This document shows positions 26,201 to 40,012 of a stretch of 64,000 nt of DNA, piece by piece; position 1 is the first letter of the stretch; each line of letters begins with the position of its first letter. The notes below the pieces were generated by a model. That model was not told where the DNA came from, ran no database searches, and saw nothing but the letters and a program-made list of their open reading frames with translations. Where the stretch lies: the NCBI GenBank assembly GCA_951406725.2, contig OX597832.1:15810001-15874000 (forward strand), written 5' to 3'. A program made the translations under genes and the position numbers. This stretch comes from Octopus vulgaris (taxonomy: Eukaryota).

Positions 26201-26993
26201 ATAGTTTTTTTATTAATTTGAAATTTATAGAGAACGTCATATAAGATTTAATTCCTCAAAGATTTTTCCTAAATTAATATTTTGTTATAATTCTTGTATT
26301 GTTGTTTATGAGTTGTGTTATGTTTATATTACAAGGTTTTTTAATTAATGAAGTTGTATACAGTTCATTGAAATACCGAATCCGAAATTGAACGCAATTG
26401 TTAATATCTAATTACAAATAAAGTTGATTTCCTTAAATTATATTAGATGAAATACAAACAACGAAGAATAATACAGAAAAAATTACAGATACATGAAAAC
26501 AAAAATTTTACAATTACTTTAATATTACTAAAATTATTACTTAGTATTTTAAAAACAAAGCAATATATTTGAAAATAAAAGAATAAAAAAATACTGATTA
26601 TAATTTTATAGTTTATAGGAAATCGAAAAACATAAAAACGTATAACTTAATAAATGACGTATAATTCAAATATCATAAGATGAATATAAATTTCAATATA
26701 GGTTTAGTTTTATAATTAAAATGTGAAATGACCTCGCTATTGAAATCAGCATTAGTATAAAAGAAAACACCCACTCACAGATATAACACGTTTTGAATTC
26801 CAATACGAGATTAGAATTCAAATAAAACTGCAATGTCCCTGAGGGGCTAAGATGCAGGGCGATTTTTTTCATTTAAAATATTCAAAGATTGAGCAGATTA
26901 GATTAACGAGTTAAAATATTCTTTGTTTTTTTAAAATTTGCATTTCTGAGTATATGTCGATGCATATTGACGCGGTGATTGTGTCGACGATGA

Positions 26994-27065
26994 AAATCAT
27001 AGTTGAACGACCTCGTTATATATGTGAGGAAATCATAGTTGAATGGCCTCGTTATATATGTGAGG
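26994..27065. repeat. 36-bp tandem duplication
   Basis: aaatcatagttgaa(cga/tgg)cctcgttatatatgtgagg, two copies. Confidence 0.95.
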
Positions 27066-28179
27066 GAGAGCGAGTGTGAGTTAATATTTATGACACTCGT
27101 AGATTTCTCAATCTATTTGACACTTAAATTCTTTCAGGCGACAGGCATTCAGTTATTAACATACACTTCTAACATTAACACAGAATTCAATATTAGGACC
27201 ATCTTCTCTGCATTTTTATCACACCAATTGTCGTTTCTGTTTCTAAAACCTCTCCTGATATTTCTAAACGGGCATTTTTAAAATACAATTTGAATTGCCT
27301 GTTATCTACATTTCTACAGGCGTTCTATGCAGAAATCACTCTTCAAGAATATACAGATTCTCTCACAAAAGTGAAAATTAATTATCTGCCCAGGCAAATA
27401 TATAAAAGCGTACGCACATTTTACATTCGGATTATGTTCTCACAAACATAATAAAATGACATTGCTTACGTCTCCCCATCTGTATTAAAACAATAACTTT
27501 TTATGTGTAAACGTATGTACACTACTCATAAACACTTTCACATGCAAACACCGTCAGGGACACGCACGTACTAATAACCTTGGTACATATTATTGTTGTT
27601 TCACTGTACTTGATACTTTTGCCTTTTATCTTGAATTTCACACCAGAGTGTATGCGTGAATATATCCTTTCATATTAAAATATGCATTCTCTAATAGAAA
27701 ACTTAGATCTACCGAAGAAGACTCAATAAAGCATGGCAATGATATATACGGATGAGAAGGAAATGTTTCTTGTATGTAGGAAAGTCTTACATCCGTCGGA
27801 AACTCACATTCTCCGGAAAATACATTTATCGAACACAAAGAAATATTATTTTGAAAGGTGTGGCGCCTGAGAAAGAGAGAAATTATGCAAGATCACATTC
27901 TCCGAATTTCACCTGACAATAGCATTGCATATGGGAATCCATCAGAATTCCTCCTATACTTTATTTCTCGGGGTTACCTGAGCTAACAATCACATTTAAG
28001 TCTATTTTCTTCTGTCTATCAAGCTGAGTAATACTTATGGGAGTAATACAGATTTGTTTCGAATTTCCTCGTTGTTTAGTCTTCAGGATATTAATCATTC
28101 TACACCAATCAAACTTGCTGTTGTATTAAAGGAAAGTGCTGTGTGAATTCGCACAAACTACTTGATGGATGTATTTAGC

Positions 28180-28353
28180 CACTAGACGCATTTTTTCTCC
28201 TTGTTTCTCTCCTCGATTTTTCTGTGTCCCTGTCTGTAGAAGAGCGTAGGCTCGAAACGTAAAATATTTTTTTCTATTCCTGAGCGTTATACTAATACAT
28301 CTGTTTGTTTTGTACACCACATGTCTTCGTCTTTTGTGTTTTTCGTAAACTCT

Positions 28354-28356
<3 letters not shown>
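28180..28356 (+). mobile_element. TA-abutting cassette with minimal hammerhead-like motif (28234-28264)
   Basis: CTGTAGA a gagc gtag gctc GAAA CGT A aaa; stem II GAGC/GCUC, palindromic ACGU. Same family as 21380 and related to 57654/58025. Confidence 0.7.
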
Positions 28357-28393
<37 letters not shown>

Positions 28394-29557
28394 TTTTTTG
28401 TTTCATTTGTTTCATTCATTTGGCTGCGACGACGCTGGAGCACAAATAAATAAATATTTATGTATATAAGTATGAATGTGTGAATGTAAATATGTATGCA
28501 TGTATACGTACATGCATACATAATTTGCGCATGGCAAAATACACTTCGGTATTTTGTCTGAGCGTGCATTTATTTCTATTTATTGATATCTATGCGCGTG
28601 CCTTTTAGCGTATAATGTTTATGTTAAATTCGCATCGTTTTTCTGCAATGCTAGTCATACAAACTGATTTTAAAGAGAGCTTTCGATGTTGATCCTCATC
28701 TATTTACTTCATCTTGTACGAGTCACCATATGAAATATGGGAAAGTATTACAGTACGACATCATCTTTTATCTTTTAATGAATAAACATTTGCACATTAT
28801 AGATTTGTTGTTATAGTTTGTAATACATTACATATTCATAGGGAAATGCATATATGAAAAAATGTCCAGCTTATACCCCGATCTTATGAAAATAATTCCG
28901 GATTACTAATTCATTAATGCAATGTTTTCAGGTGAAGCTATATGCAATAAATATCTGCTATTTTGTGTATGAATAATTTGGCTATAAATTCTTAATGTTT
29001 ACACAGTAATACTTTAGTTCCTCTTATAAAGTCCATAAAATATTTAAGGAATATATTGTATAGGTTTCTAGAAACATATTTCCATAAAACTTTTGCGCAT
29101 AATAGACTCAATAGATCCGCTTAATAACCTAGCCACTTTCTTATTAAGTACGCTATGCATACATTTCATTGGAAAACTCGCTTTAAATTTATTCTATGCG
29201 TAATGCAGGTAGCCAATACAAATTTGTTCTATATTTTTATAAGAATACGTTAGCTAAAATGAATGCATACTTCTGTATCGCTTGTTATCTGTGTATTGTT
29301 TGTCTGTTCCCGGTCCCCTATTCCCTGAAGTTCTTGCAGGTGCCTCCAAATAGGAATTAATATTATCGCTACAGATATGAAACTGCGTAACAACCAACGG
29401 TCTATAAGTAATGTGGAACTGGAGAGCTCTGTGGTTATTTTTCAGTCGTCTGTACGTCGAATATGTTGCTTAACCTGCCATTCTGTGTCTGTATTTCGTT
29501 TCTGCATTTGCTACATATTATAAACTTATACATGTGTGTGTGACCGTTTTCTGTATT

Positions 29558-29602
<45 letters not shown>

Positions 29603-29607
<5 letters not shown>

Positions 29608-29759
29608 TTACTTTATGTAATTAGGATTCGTCAAAAAATTTGCTTTACCACATACCGAACTTTTAGAAATAGCTAAATTTTTTGGTTGCTATTTCTAAAT
29701 GTTCGATATGTAGTAAAGCAAATTTTTTGGCCGAACCCTAATTATATAAAGTAATGTTT
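29603..29759. repeat. Fold-back hairpin (arms 29603-29673, 29688-29759) in a TA-flanked cassette ending at ~29862
   Basis: aatattactttatgtaattaggattcgtcaaaaaatttgctttaccacataccgaacttttagaaatagc is mirrored with a few mismatches. Confidence 0.9.
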
Positions 29760-29857
29760 AAATTTACCGTAGAGGGTCGTATTACATACTGAACACACTG
29801 CTTGATAAAATTATTAATTACTAATTAATTAATTAATTTTGTCTTTCATTAGTATTG

Positions 29858-29907
<50 letters not shown>

Positions 29908-29934
29908 TGCACGATGCAGATAATATTATATCAT

Positions 29935-32422
29935 TGTTATAATGAGAATTTTCGTCCACTTGTATATTGTCGGCACTGTAATTTTCTTGTCACCACTAAT
30001 ATGTTGTAGCGCTATTCCGTGACTTATTATCTTTGATTCGTCTATCAACATATCGCTGAGAGCTCCGCAAGATAATGACTTTGAATAGTCTACTTTGACG
30101 CTAACTCCAACTCGTATATATCACGTAAGAGACATTGACTCCAGCTGTGAACTCGTACAACTAAATACTTTCTACAACGATTGACCTGGGAGGAGGTGTA
30201 TCATTTTCACTACAATATCTCCACTTGTTTCGTTCTTTAGGAAGCAAGTAATTTTATATTACTGTATTCTACCACCTCCCTTTTGGATTTGTTTTTTACG
30301 ATTTAATATTGTTTTCCTCATTGCATGTATTTGTAAGAACTCTATATCCTTTCGTTTTCTTCGACTTGTACGTGGTTTCAACCACCTATAAAGGTATTGG
30401 TACCTGGGATGTGTCATACATCCATTCGAGTTGTTCTTGCGATCGGACTGGTTCATTTTCTGTGAATCTCTTTTTCAATTAGTTTCTGTGTCGTTTTTCA
30501 AACCTTTTCTGCTTTTAATACCGTACATCATTTCCCCAAAGTACTTTATAATATTACCCTCTTCCCAGTATTGTTTTCTGCTTTTATATGACCTCATATA
30601 CATATTATCACTAATTCAGAAAAGTTATGGATTTGCTTTCCTAGTACTTTTTCCTTCCATTCCTGGTAACAGTACATAAAAAACTGATTCCACCTTCCTC
30701 GCGAACATTAGTTCAGCTGTTGAGGTTCCTGAATGTATGCTGGGATTTAGTGTTACCTTGCAACCCTTTGGAATTGCTGCAGATTGACTTTGTGGCTTCC
30801 TTGTCTGCTTTTCTCAAGGCTCTTTTAAAACTGTTCACAAAACGCTTTCATATGCGGTCCATATGATCTTGGATGCTAAGGCGTGCTGTCGTTTTATGTT
30901 CTACCGTGAAAATTCCGAAAAATTTTCTAAATTCACTGGACACAAATACTGTTCCATTATCAGATACAGTTATGTATAAGATGCCAAATCAAGCGCAAAA
31001 TCTGTGCAAAAAAATATTACCGTTAGGGAGATTAGTTTTTATCTGAACAATTTCCAGACAATTTGTAAAACTGTCAGATACTACGGCCCGTAAAATCGAT
31101 GTATAGTCTTGTCCATGGATTTTTACTTCTAGCTAATGTTCCCATTTTTGAGTAGGCATTTTTGCTCCAAGAGCACAGCCTCTGCAGTCTTCTCTACATT
31201 TTCAATTTCTTCGTCCATCTCCGGCCAAAACGATTTAATTTATAAAATCCACGGTGTGTTTTGATTATGAAAATGTGTATGCAAGCTATCTTTTGATAGG
31301 ACTCCAAAAGAACTGAACCTCGAGAAAATTTTACCTACATTTAGTTTTGAAAACGCTTTTACTGTGCTTAATAGTGGATAGTTGTGTACGAGTAAAGAGT
31401 CATTTAATCCGGTTTAAATGTCGGCACACATTCTTAGTTTATTATTCTTTTTTCTTTACCAGTTTCAATGGTCGACTTTTTCAATTTTAGCTAGATGTTC
31501 TAGTCTTTCTAACTGTTTATTGACCTTGTCCAACGCCGCACAGGTTACGTTCCATTTGGGACTAAAAATAAGTGTTGCCTTTTCTTTTACTGCTATCCTC
31601 GTTTTTGTTTTAGTGGAACAGCCTAATCTGATCTATCGTTACCAGTTTCCTCAAAATTAGTCGCGTTTTAATTCTGTTCACCCTCTTTTGGCATTCGTTT
31701 TCGAAAACGCATGCAAATTGTCAGTAATATGCCTCGAAATTGATACCTTGCTCGGGTCATATTTAAATTCATTTACTAAATTTGCTGTGTAATCTGGTGA
31801 AAACGTATTTTCCAGTTTTGATACCAACTTCATTGGTTGTAACATTTGTTCCTGTAACAATTGTTGTTGTTCTTGTTGCCCTTTGAGTTGTTGTTGTTGC
31901 TGATTTACAACTAGAAGCTCTAAGAAGTTTTCCATAACTTTACGGATTTTTCAGAAAATATATGGAACAAAAATGTCCTTTACTCTTCTGTCAAGTTTTA
32001 ACTTCTCCACCTGGTGAATTTTTCGACGTCGTCCGCGTCAATTGTTTATTTTCTCGTGAAAAACAAAAAAAAAAAGTTGCTAGCATTATCCGCGTGAATC
32101 GCTTATATCTTCGTCGCCACTATTATAATGTAGGTTTTTGGAAACTTGTGTTTTGCCTTCGACCCTGTAATAATCTTGTCACCAATATCATCTGGTGACA
32201 CTCCGCGACTTATTATCTTTGACTAGTCTATCGTGCTGTCGCTCATAGCTCCGCAATTTGAACTCGTACATATCGCGTGACGTTGACTCCAACTGGGAAC
32301 TCGCACAACGACTTTAATACAAGTGATCTCCTACAACAACTGACTGTCTGTCTTTATAATGGCTCTTATACCATATTGTCATGAGAGAAATGCACCGTTT
32401 TCAGTACGACAATTATTCTAAA
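29935..32422 (-). mobile_element. Internally deleted, decayed Gypsy/Ty3 LTR retrotransposon
   Basis: Diverged direct LTRs at ~29935-30274 and ~32121-32420. PBS TGGCGACGA at 32111-32119 (minus) and PPT AAAAGGGAGG at 30275-30284 (minus). Gag start MENFLELLVVNQQQQ..NEFKYDP. Integrase remnants FWPEMDEEIEN, PWTRLYIDFTG, FGI..VSDNGTVFVSSEF and RFVNSFKRALRK. Right boundary approximate. Confidence 0.88.
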
Positions 32423-33267
32423 TTTTATTAATGTTATATTTCATTATATCATATTATATTTCATCATCTATTAAAAAGAAATCAGTGAATATGTCACGAA
32501 TTTATTTGTGAAATGTTTGTGTCCTCTCCATGTCATTCTTTCATTCATTAATCAAATATTACGAAGCCCATACATGAGTTTGCGAATAAACTGAAACTGT
32601 CCTCGCCTCGGCTTTGCTAGGATATTGCACAACGCTTTTTAGAGGTAAGCAAAGTAATTCTCGTTAGCATGATCGCGTCTACTGTTGGATATTAAATGCA
32701 TTTATTATCGTCTTCGGTCACGTTATTTTTACTTCGTTCCCTTTAGAGACCACATTCATAGGTACAGATTAATGATCTTAAGGTTTGCAGCATAATTCTG
32801 TAACATTTATATATTCAGTTCACTCTCAGGTCATACACAAATGATCCGTCTTCAATTTTCAAGTAATACTTCCACTATGTCTATACTATTTTCTTATTTA
32901 TCATTCAAGGAATCAATAAAATTTGTTTTCGGTTACAAATCAAATTATCCGAATTGAAATTCGTTACTGATTGTAACTTCAACGGACATGGTTTTGGCTG
33001 TGTAGACAATACGAATATTACTCTGCCATCTTGATGATTTACAAACTTCATTCAATTAAATCTATTCGATTATTAAGAAAATATGAATTCAATTTGCGAG
33101 ATAATTTTCCATCTCTAAATGTCAATTGATTTTAAAATGAAATATACATTAACATTTCCCATTGGTTCAATCATGATTTTGTCTCAGAGATACTATTTTA
33201 TGTGTTTTGTCTCTATCCGAATCACTTACACCTCAAGGAATTGGTACTTCAATAAATGGTTTACTAC

Positions 33268-33690
33268 AGGCGGTGAGCTGGCAGAAACGTTAGCACGTCG
33301 GGCGAAATGTTTCGAGGTATTTCGTCTGCCGCTGTGTTCTGAGTTCAAATTCCGCCGAGGTCGACTTTACCTTTCATCCCATTTTGGGTCGATTAAATAA
33401 GTACCATTTACGCACTGGGGTAGATGTATTCGACCTAATGTCTTTGTCTGTCCTTGTTTGTCGCCTCTATGTTTAGCACCTTGTGGGCAATAAAGAATAA
33501 GAAACCTTTGTACGTTGTGCAAAATGTTTCGTGGTCTTTAATCCGTCTTTTTGTTCCGAGTTCACCGACTTTCACCTTGCAGTTCATCCTTTGGGGATCG
33601 ATTAAACAGTACTAGTTGAATAATGGGCCTGATGTAATCGTCTTTACGCGCGTCGAAGTTGTTAGTCGTGTGCCAAAATTTGTAATCAAT
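33268..33690 (+). mobile_element. SINE family B, one good copy (33268-33500) plus a degenerate tandem copy
   Basis: ggcggtgagctggcagaaacgttagcac head, gagttcaaattcc B-box, central cctttcatcc..gggtcgattaaataagtacc. From memory this centre resembles the MetaSINE domain; unverified. Confidence 0.85.
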
Positions 33691-34094
33691 AACGATTTTT
33701 AAACACATTTATCATTAATATTTGTATGAACAAATATTTAAATCAATAAAAGCATGATTTAGTGATAACTGAATTATTTTATACAAACTTATATTGAGTA
33801 GTGACCGACATACATAGTCAGATTAAGAAGATACCGAGATCAATCTAAAAGATACCATCCAATGCCAAAGATCACAATAAATATGTGTATAGACACAAAA
33901 GACGAAAATGTTTATAGGTGCGAAAGCATCAAAACCTCTCGATGTTTAACATAAATACACTATCCTAAATTCACATTTTCAAATTTTCTCGATATTGTAC
34001 AACGAACATTCTAGTGTTCTATTGGGTCATTCAGTCGATAAAGAAGTATAGAATGCAAATGCAAAATACGTTGTAACTTAATTTATATAGTATA

Positions 34095-34440
34095 ATATCA
34101 GAATAGCCCGTCGTTGCTGGGCAGTGTTTTACAATAGAATTTCTTATATAATTTTTTTTTTATTTTTCCCTTGTAAGAAAATGCCTTTCGCGAAGATATG
34201 ACTCTTCATCAGGCCGAATTTTGCAATTTTTCAGAAAAGTAAAAACGTTGTTCAGGATTTTCTTTTCCCTTTCATATAATTTACATGTCTGTTCGAACGT
34301 TGTACACACTTTTATTCATTGAAAATTTAAAAAGTGTTAAAAAAAAAAAAAATTGGCACTACACTTAAGGAATGTGTTTCAACTAATACTCTATATGTAT
34401 GGGGGGTTGCATTCCCCAGTGTTGTATGCCCTAATAATGA
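34095..34440 (-). mobile_element. Degenerate non-autonomous Helitron-like element
   Basis: Minus-strand 3' hairpin cccagcaacgacggg followed by ctattctgata, similar to the end of 39379-39766. ggttgcattcccc resembles the reverse complement of ggggacgcaact. Confidence 0.4.
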
Positions 34441-34586
34441 TATAGAACCAAGGTGGATGCAACGAAAACATCTAGTGCATTACATCATAGCCGAAGCAGA
34501 TACCGAACCTTGCATTTCTATACGAACTGCTGACCACGTTTAAGATATATATATATATATATATATGCGTATATATATATATATGC

Positions 34587-34635
<49 letters not shown>

Positions 34636-35649
34636 TATATGTATGTATATATGTATATATACATGTGGGTGGGTGAGAATGCTGGAATTGGAATATGAAT
34701 ATTGTATGCTTGAATTTAAATAAAATATACTGGCGCGTGATCTGTTATATTTAATATTTTTAATGTAATCTTTTCTCGATTCATGTGGAGATGGGTGTAT
34801 GTAGGTGTGTGCATTTTTATATTCGTTGGTATACGTCTACTCGTAATTGAAAGGTGTGGTATGTTGCTATGCTACCTTATATTTCTAAGGAATTATTATC
34901 ATACAAGCTACGAATAAATGGGTCGAAGATAGTTTTGAATTACCTTTTTGTTTTATTATTGGATGACACCGTAATAACAATACAATTCTCAATATCCCGC
35001 CAAAGATTATCTGATTTTTCTTCCATTTGCATATAAATAGGGTTATTAAATTTTTTTAAATGCATCATAAATATAGGACCCCAGACAATTTTAAACCTGA
35101 TTCATACACACATTTCTTAAGATAATCAGACACAATCAAGAAAACCAACACTCAGGTAAAAGAATATAACATTTACTAAATATAATATTCTGACGGTAAT
35201 AATTGCATACCTGTAGGTATTGCAGCTGAAACATACGAAGAAGAACACGTCCGTACACTCACATACACACTTATGCACACATACATATATATATATATAT
35301 ATACACACATATGATTTTGTGTGTAGAGGTTTATTATTTTGTTCTTTTACATACTTCAGTTATTGTCTACAATATAATAACATACAGGAGTATAAAAACA
35401 GCCATGCTCAGCAAACGTTTCCTCAGTACGTGATAACTAAGTTTATGAAAAGGTGTGAGAGAAATACAAACATGAAAGCATATACTAAAATGCATATAGA
35501 TACGAACGAACAAACATACAAGCACGAACACTCCCACGCACACACACATACAAGAATGAATATATAATGTTTTCTTTCTATTTTATTAATGAGTATTATT
35601 TACATTTATATAGAAATATTTATATACGTATATATGTATCTATATGTAT

Positions 35650-35679
<30 letters not shown>

Positions 35680-35683
<4 letters not shown>

Positions 35684-35760
35684 GGATGTCCTGTCCGTGT
35701 TTATTGTATCGTCTTCTAAGAGTTATACGTTCTTGTCCATGTTGTATTTTTCTACATACC

Positions 35761-35765
<5 letters not shown>
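35680..35765 (+). mobile_element. Short TA-flanked 3' fragment of the 25041/44468 cassette family
   Basis: gtcctgtccgtgtttattgtatcgtc..cgttcttgtcc..tgtatttt matches the family tail. Confidence 0.55.
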
Positions 35766-35821
<56 letters not shown>

Positions 35822-36879
35822 GCACACACACACATTATTTATCTCCAAAGTATTTTCGTGCACTATACCATTTTGCTCAGAGCAACTGCGTAAAGCGAGA
35901 AACTGGGGGGAAATGTGCTTCACATATGTTTCTGTCTTAAAATCGCAGTTTTCAACCGATTCTCCCGTTTTGACTGCTGCAGTTTTCGACCAATTATCTC
36001 CTTTTACTCTCTGCTTATTTCTGTCTTTCCATTCTTGTCCTCTTTCTTTCTTGCTAACATTTATTCTCTCCTCTCTACCTCTGTAACAGTTTTTTTTTCA
36101 GTTTATATCTCTTTTATTCTCTCTTCCTCTCTCTCTCTCTCAATCTATCGCTTCCTCTCAGAAAATTGACTGCAGCGTGTTTCAGTTTTGTCGTGCGTAA
36201 ACATGTTTCTATTCACGTTATTTATACGCTCCCTCTATAACATTACTGTAATTAATGTTTTGTCTCTCCCTCTATTTAAATGTCCTATTTACATTTCTCC
36301 CTCTATTGATAACCATTCTGAATCGGCCTTCATTACTAAACAATGAGAATTCAACCTCGCCACTCATTGTTGATGCGTTACAAAATGCTATCCTAAAGTG
36401 TCTCATGTCCTTTCACCCAAGCTATTTTCTTCTATAACTTTATAGAATGAAATGGAGTTTGCAATTTCTGTTTATAGATTTATACTTTCACTTACATGTG
36501 CTTGGAAGTTCAGTAGCTACGAGATAGTAAAGGACATTTTATACTACCTATACGAAGACGACGTCACATATATGAGTGCGTATGACTCTAAGGATATGTG
36601 TGTGGTGTATAAATATGTATATCTCTCTTACAGCGTGTGTTTCCGCATTAGGTACGTTACTAAACACGCACACACCTGGACATATACATATACACGTATC
36701 AAGATTGATATGCGTGAATGTATATCTCCATATGTCACTCTTACCATATGTATGTGACTGTATATGTGTGCGTTTCGTCACATTTTTATATGAATGTGTA
36801 TGTGTCTGTTAGATTGTGTGTGTTTATGCGCCCGTTAATTACGTTATTATGCACAAACATAAATCTACACATACATATA

Positions 36880-37712
36880 CGTATGGGACGAGAACGGCTG
36901 GAGGTGAAAAAGGTTATGTTGTAGGTCCAAGTTTTATAAAAGCAAATATTGTCCATAATTATCACAGAAGGTGCAATTTTCTAAAGTGTTTACAATTTGC
37001 CTATATTTGGTTAATTTACACTGCGTAGAACAATATAGACATGCTACATACTTCAACTGCTTACAAAACTAGAGATTGATATATATTTTTCCCATGTTCA
37101 TCATATGCCACTAAAGGAGAATAGTTAATCTCTGCAGAAAGACCTATAAATCAAGGAAGAATGCAAAAAATAGAAGGCGAGACGTCTCAAGAGGTAAGAG
37201 ACATGAGACAGTTTTCAATATCTGCAAAAGACATGGTGTAGGGAAACGGACTGAGTCTCACTACAGAAGGGACATGACACTTTCCAAAGATGGCCAAACG
37301 TGTGCTGAATCGCGTGTAATACAGTCTCATGTGAGGGAGAGAGGGGAGACGTTTTCAACATCAGCAAATGTTGGCTGCAGGACATCAGATAGTCTCTCAA
37401 AAGAGAAGGGGGAAGCGACTTACCCAAGAACAGAAAAGACATGCTGCAGCACTTAATTCTGAAGCGTTAAAATAACGTTTAGCACGCCAGATAATTTAGA
37501 GGACCAACAAAATTATTCTTAGAAACAGACGGCGTAGAAAATTCGTTCTTCACAAGTCCTGAAGCTGCTTTGAGATATGATACATCCCATTCCTTTAAGA
37601 AATGATAATTCTGTCCAAATTGGTGTGCTAAGCTCAAATTGTTGTTTAACAAATGCTTTAAAACTTCCTCCACAAACGTTCTGTTTTCCCTGTTTCACCT
37701 GTTTCAGCACAA

Positions 37713-37714
<2 letters not shown>
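36880..37714 (+). mobile_element. Possible decayed Tc1-like element
   Basis: Ends ttcagcacaactg|TA with a weak inverted match near 36880-36945. Internal GKRTESHYRRDMTLSKDGQTCAE..TFSTS is reminiscent of a Tc1 HTH N-terminus. Confidence 0.35.
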
Positions 37715-37795
<81 letters not shown>

Positions 37796-38824
37796 TATAT
37801 TTATATATATACATGAGTGTGTGTGTGCATGTGAGTGTGTGCATGTGAGTGTGTGTGCGCACACAATATATATTGAGTCAGATCGCACTTCCGTGGATAT
37901 TACTTTAGATGTTTACATTTAAGTGGTCATACTCTTTGCGTTGCTTTGGAAAGCTCAATGACTTCACAAACTTACTTGCATTTCAGTAATTGCCATCCAT
38001 TCAATATTTATAGATGATCCGATACTTCTTCTTGTCAGGACATTGGTACCAATTTTACGACTGTGATGGAAATAAGTTAAGACGAATAATGTTCCTAACG
38101 CGATTTCCTTCTACTGTGTCTGCATATATGTTTGAAAATAATCAGTAACATTACTAATTCAAGGGACCACTGTGAAAATAATCCTAATATAAAATAAATT
38201 CTCCGGAATAGCGATATTAGAGAAAAAAAAGGTACGCGAGAAACAAGGACAGTTTGAAAATGAATTATTGATTTTCGACAGGAAACGTCTTTTTGAATCA
38301 GCAGTTGTATCGAAAAAATATACGGAATGTCAAATACCATTAGTGTGATTTGCAATTCAAAATTTCAAGGATCAGTTTATTTTACGATTGATGGCCATAT
38401 TTTTGTTAATGCAGAATGTTCTAGAATTTAGTAATTTTCCTAAACTCTCTGTCATATTACAACCAACTTGGTTATTCAGTGTAAATCACGTTATTCAAGT
38501 ATAAACGAATATATTCTGAAACAGTCTTTATTTCATTTATACAAAACAGAATTTGAATATTCGACCGTCTGATGAATGTTTGGTTTTTTATGATTCCAGT
38601 GAAACCTGGATAATGGTATTGAAACTTAGTTATTTCTTTTCTGAAGAGACTGTTTAGACGAGTTTGATAAATGGATATAATGTACTGGTTTATATATTGC
38701 AGAGGTATAATCTTAAAAAATATAATTTGTGGGACGATATTTCTGCTGATTATTTCCGCCAAGCATTGCTACTTTCTACACTAAACCGTCATGTCTATCT
38801 GAATCATTTAAATATTTAATATTA

Positions 38825-39240
38825 TTTTCTAGTCTAGGCACAGACCCGAAATTTTGGGGGAGTGGCCAAGTCGATTATCGATCCCAGTACGAATCTGCTA
38901 TTAAATTTATTGACCCCGAAAGGATGAAAGGTAACGTGAACCTCGGTGGAAATTGAACTCAGATCGTATGAAATACTTATTTCTTTGCTACCCACACGGA
39001 GCTAAACACAGAGAGGACAGAAAGGACAGACAAACGGATTAAGTCGATGATATCGACCTCAGTGAGTAGCTGGCACCGATAAAATGAAAGCAAGATCGAC
39101 ATCGACGGAATTTTAACTCAGAAAACAGCGGCAGACGAAATACCTATTACTTTAAACAAAGACAGACGAAAGGATTAAGACGATTATATCGACCCCTGTG
39201 CGTAAATGGTACTATTGAATCGACCCCGAAAGCTCGCCGT
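38825..39240 (-). mobile_element. Stacked SINE family B fragments
   Basis: Repeated tttattgaccccgaaaggatgaaagg..cctcggtggaaattgaactcaga and ggattaag(t/a)cgat..tatcgacc motifs. Confidence 0.8.
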
Positions 39241-39378
39241 TTTAATTAAATGTTTAATATTAAAATCTCTGAACATTTGTCCTACATCTTATGCATTGAT
39301 AATCCGGAAGTTGTTTTCAACTACAAAAAATGCGCATGCAGAAACTTCAAATATATTTATATATAAATAAGTGGTATA

Positions 39379-39766
39379 TCTTCTCTATATATAAACGGCA
39401 GTTTGTCTGTGCGTGTTTCTGTGTGTCTGTTTTCTCGTACCCTCACCCTGACCACAGCTTTCAACCGATTCTGATGAAACTTGACACACACATAGCCCAA
39501 TGTCATAATTCAAAACTAACGCAGCGAAAATTTTGAAAAGTTCCCCCAGTTCTGAAAAAAATCGATAAATTCGACATGGGGTCGAGAATAAAAAAAAACA
39601 AACCACAGACTGTCTAGGGGACGCAACTCAACCTTTTTTTACTCTCAAAAAACAATTTACCATAATTTTTTTTCCATTTTTTTGCTATTTTTTGGCTATA
39701 ACTCTCTAAAGATGCTTTATAGTTATTTCCCTTACAAACCTGAGCAACGCCGGGCGATACTGCTAG
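39379..39766 (+). mobile_element. Non-autonomous Helitron
   Basis: A|TC 5' end (tcttctctatatataaac..tgtctgt), 3' hairpin cctgagcaacgccggg followed by CTAG|T; inserted between A and T with no TSD. Confidence 0.8.
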
Positions 39767-39794
39767 TATCTATATAGATATATATTTATATAAT

Positions 39795-39856
<62 letters not shown>

Positions 39857-39867
39857 CACACATATAT

Positions 39868-40012
39868 GCGTGCCTCCGTGGTAAGTAGTTTGCTTAACAA
39901 CCACATGGTTCCGGGTTGTCACACTGGGTGCCAGCTTCGGTAAGTCTCTTTGGCCGAGCAAATCCATGTGAGTGGATTTGGTAGATGGTAAAACAAAGTA
40001 GCCCGTCGTATA
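39868..40012 (+). mobile_element. 5' half of SINE family A ending in a microsatellite
   Basis: gtggtaagtagtttgcttaacaaccacatggttccgggtt..gtgagtggatttggtagatgg..gcccgtcgtata. Confidence 0.8.

Noticed and set aside
28040-28095. Minus-strand CUGAAGA..GAAACAaaucUGUA hammerhead-like string
   Set aside because: Stem III forms, but stems I and II do not; no family context.
34170-34220. Minus-strand CUGAUGA..GAAA inside a Helitron-like relic
   Set aside because: No stem III/NUH or stem I pairing.
38562-38620. CTGATGA..GAAACC..GGTA string
   Set aside because: No stem I and a weak stem II; expected by chance in AT-rich DNA.
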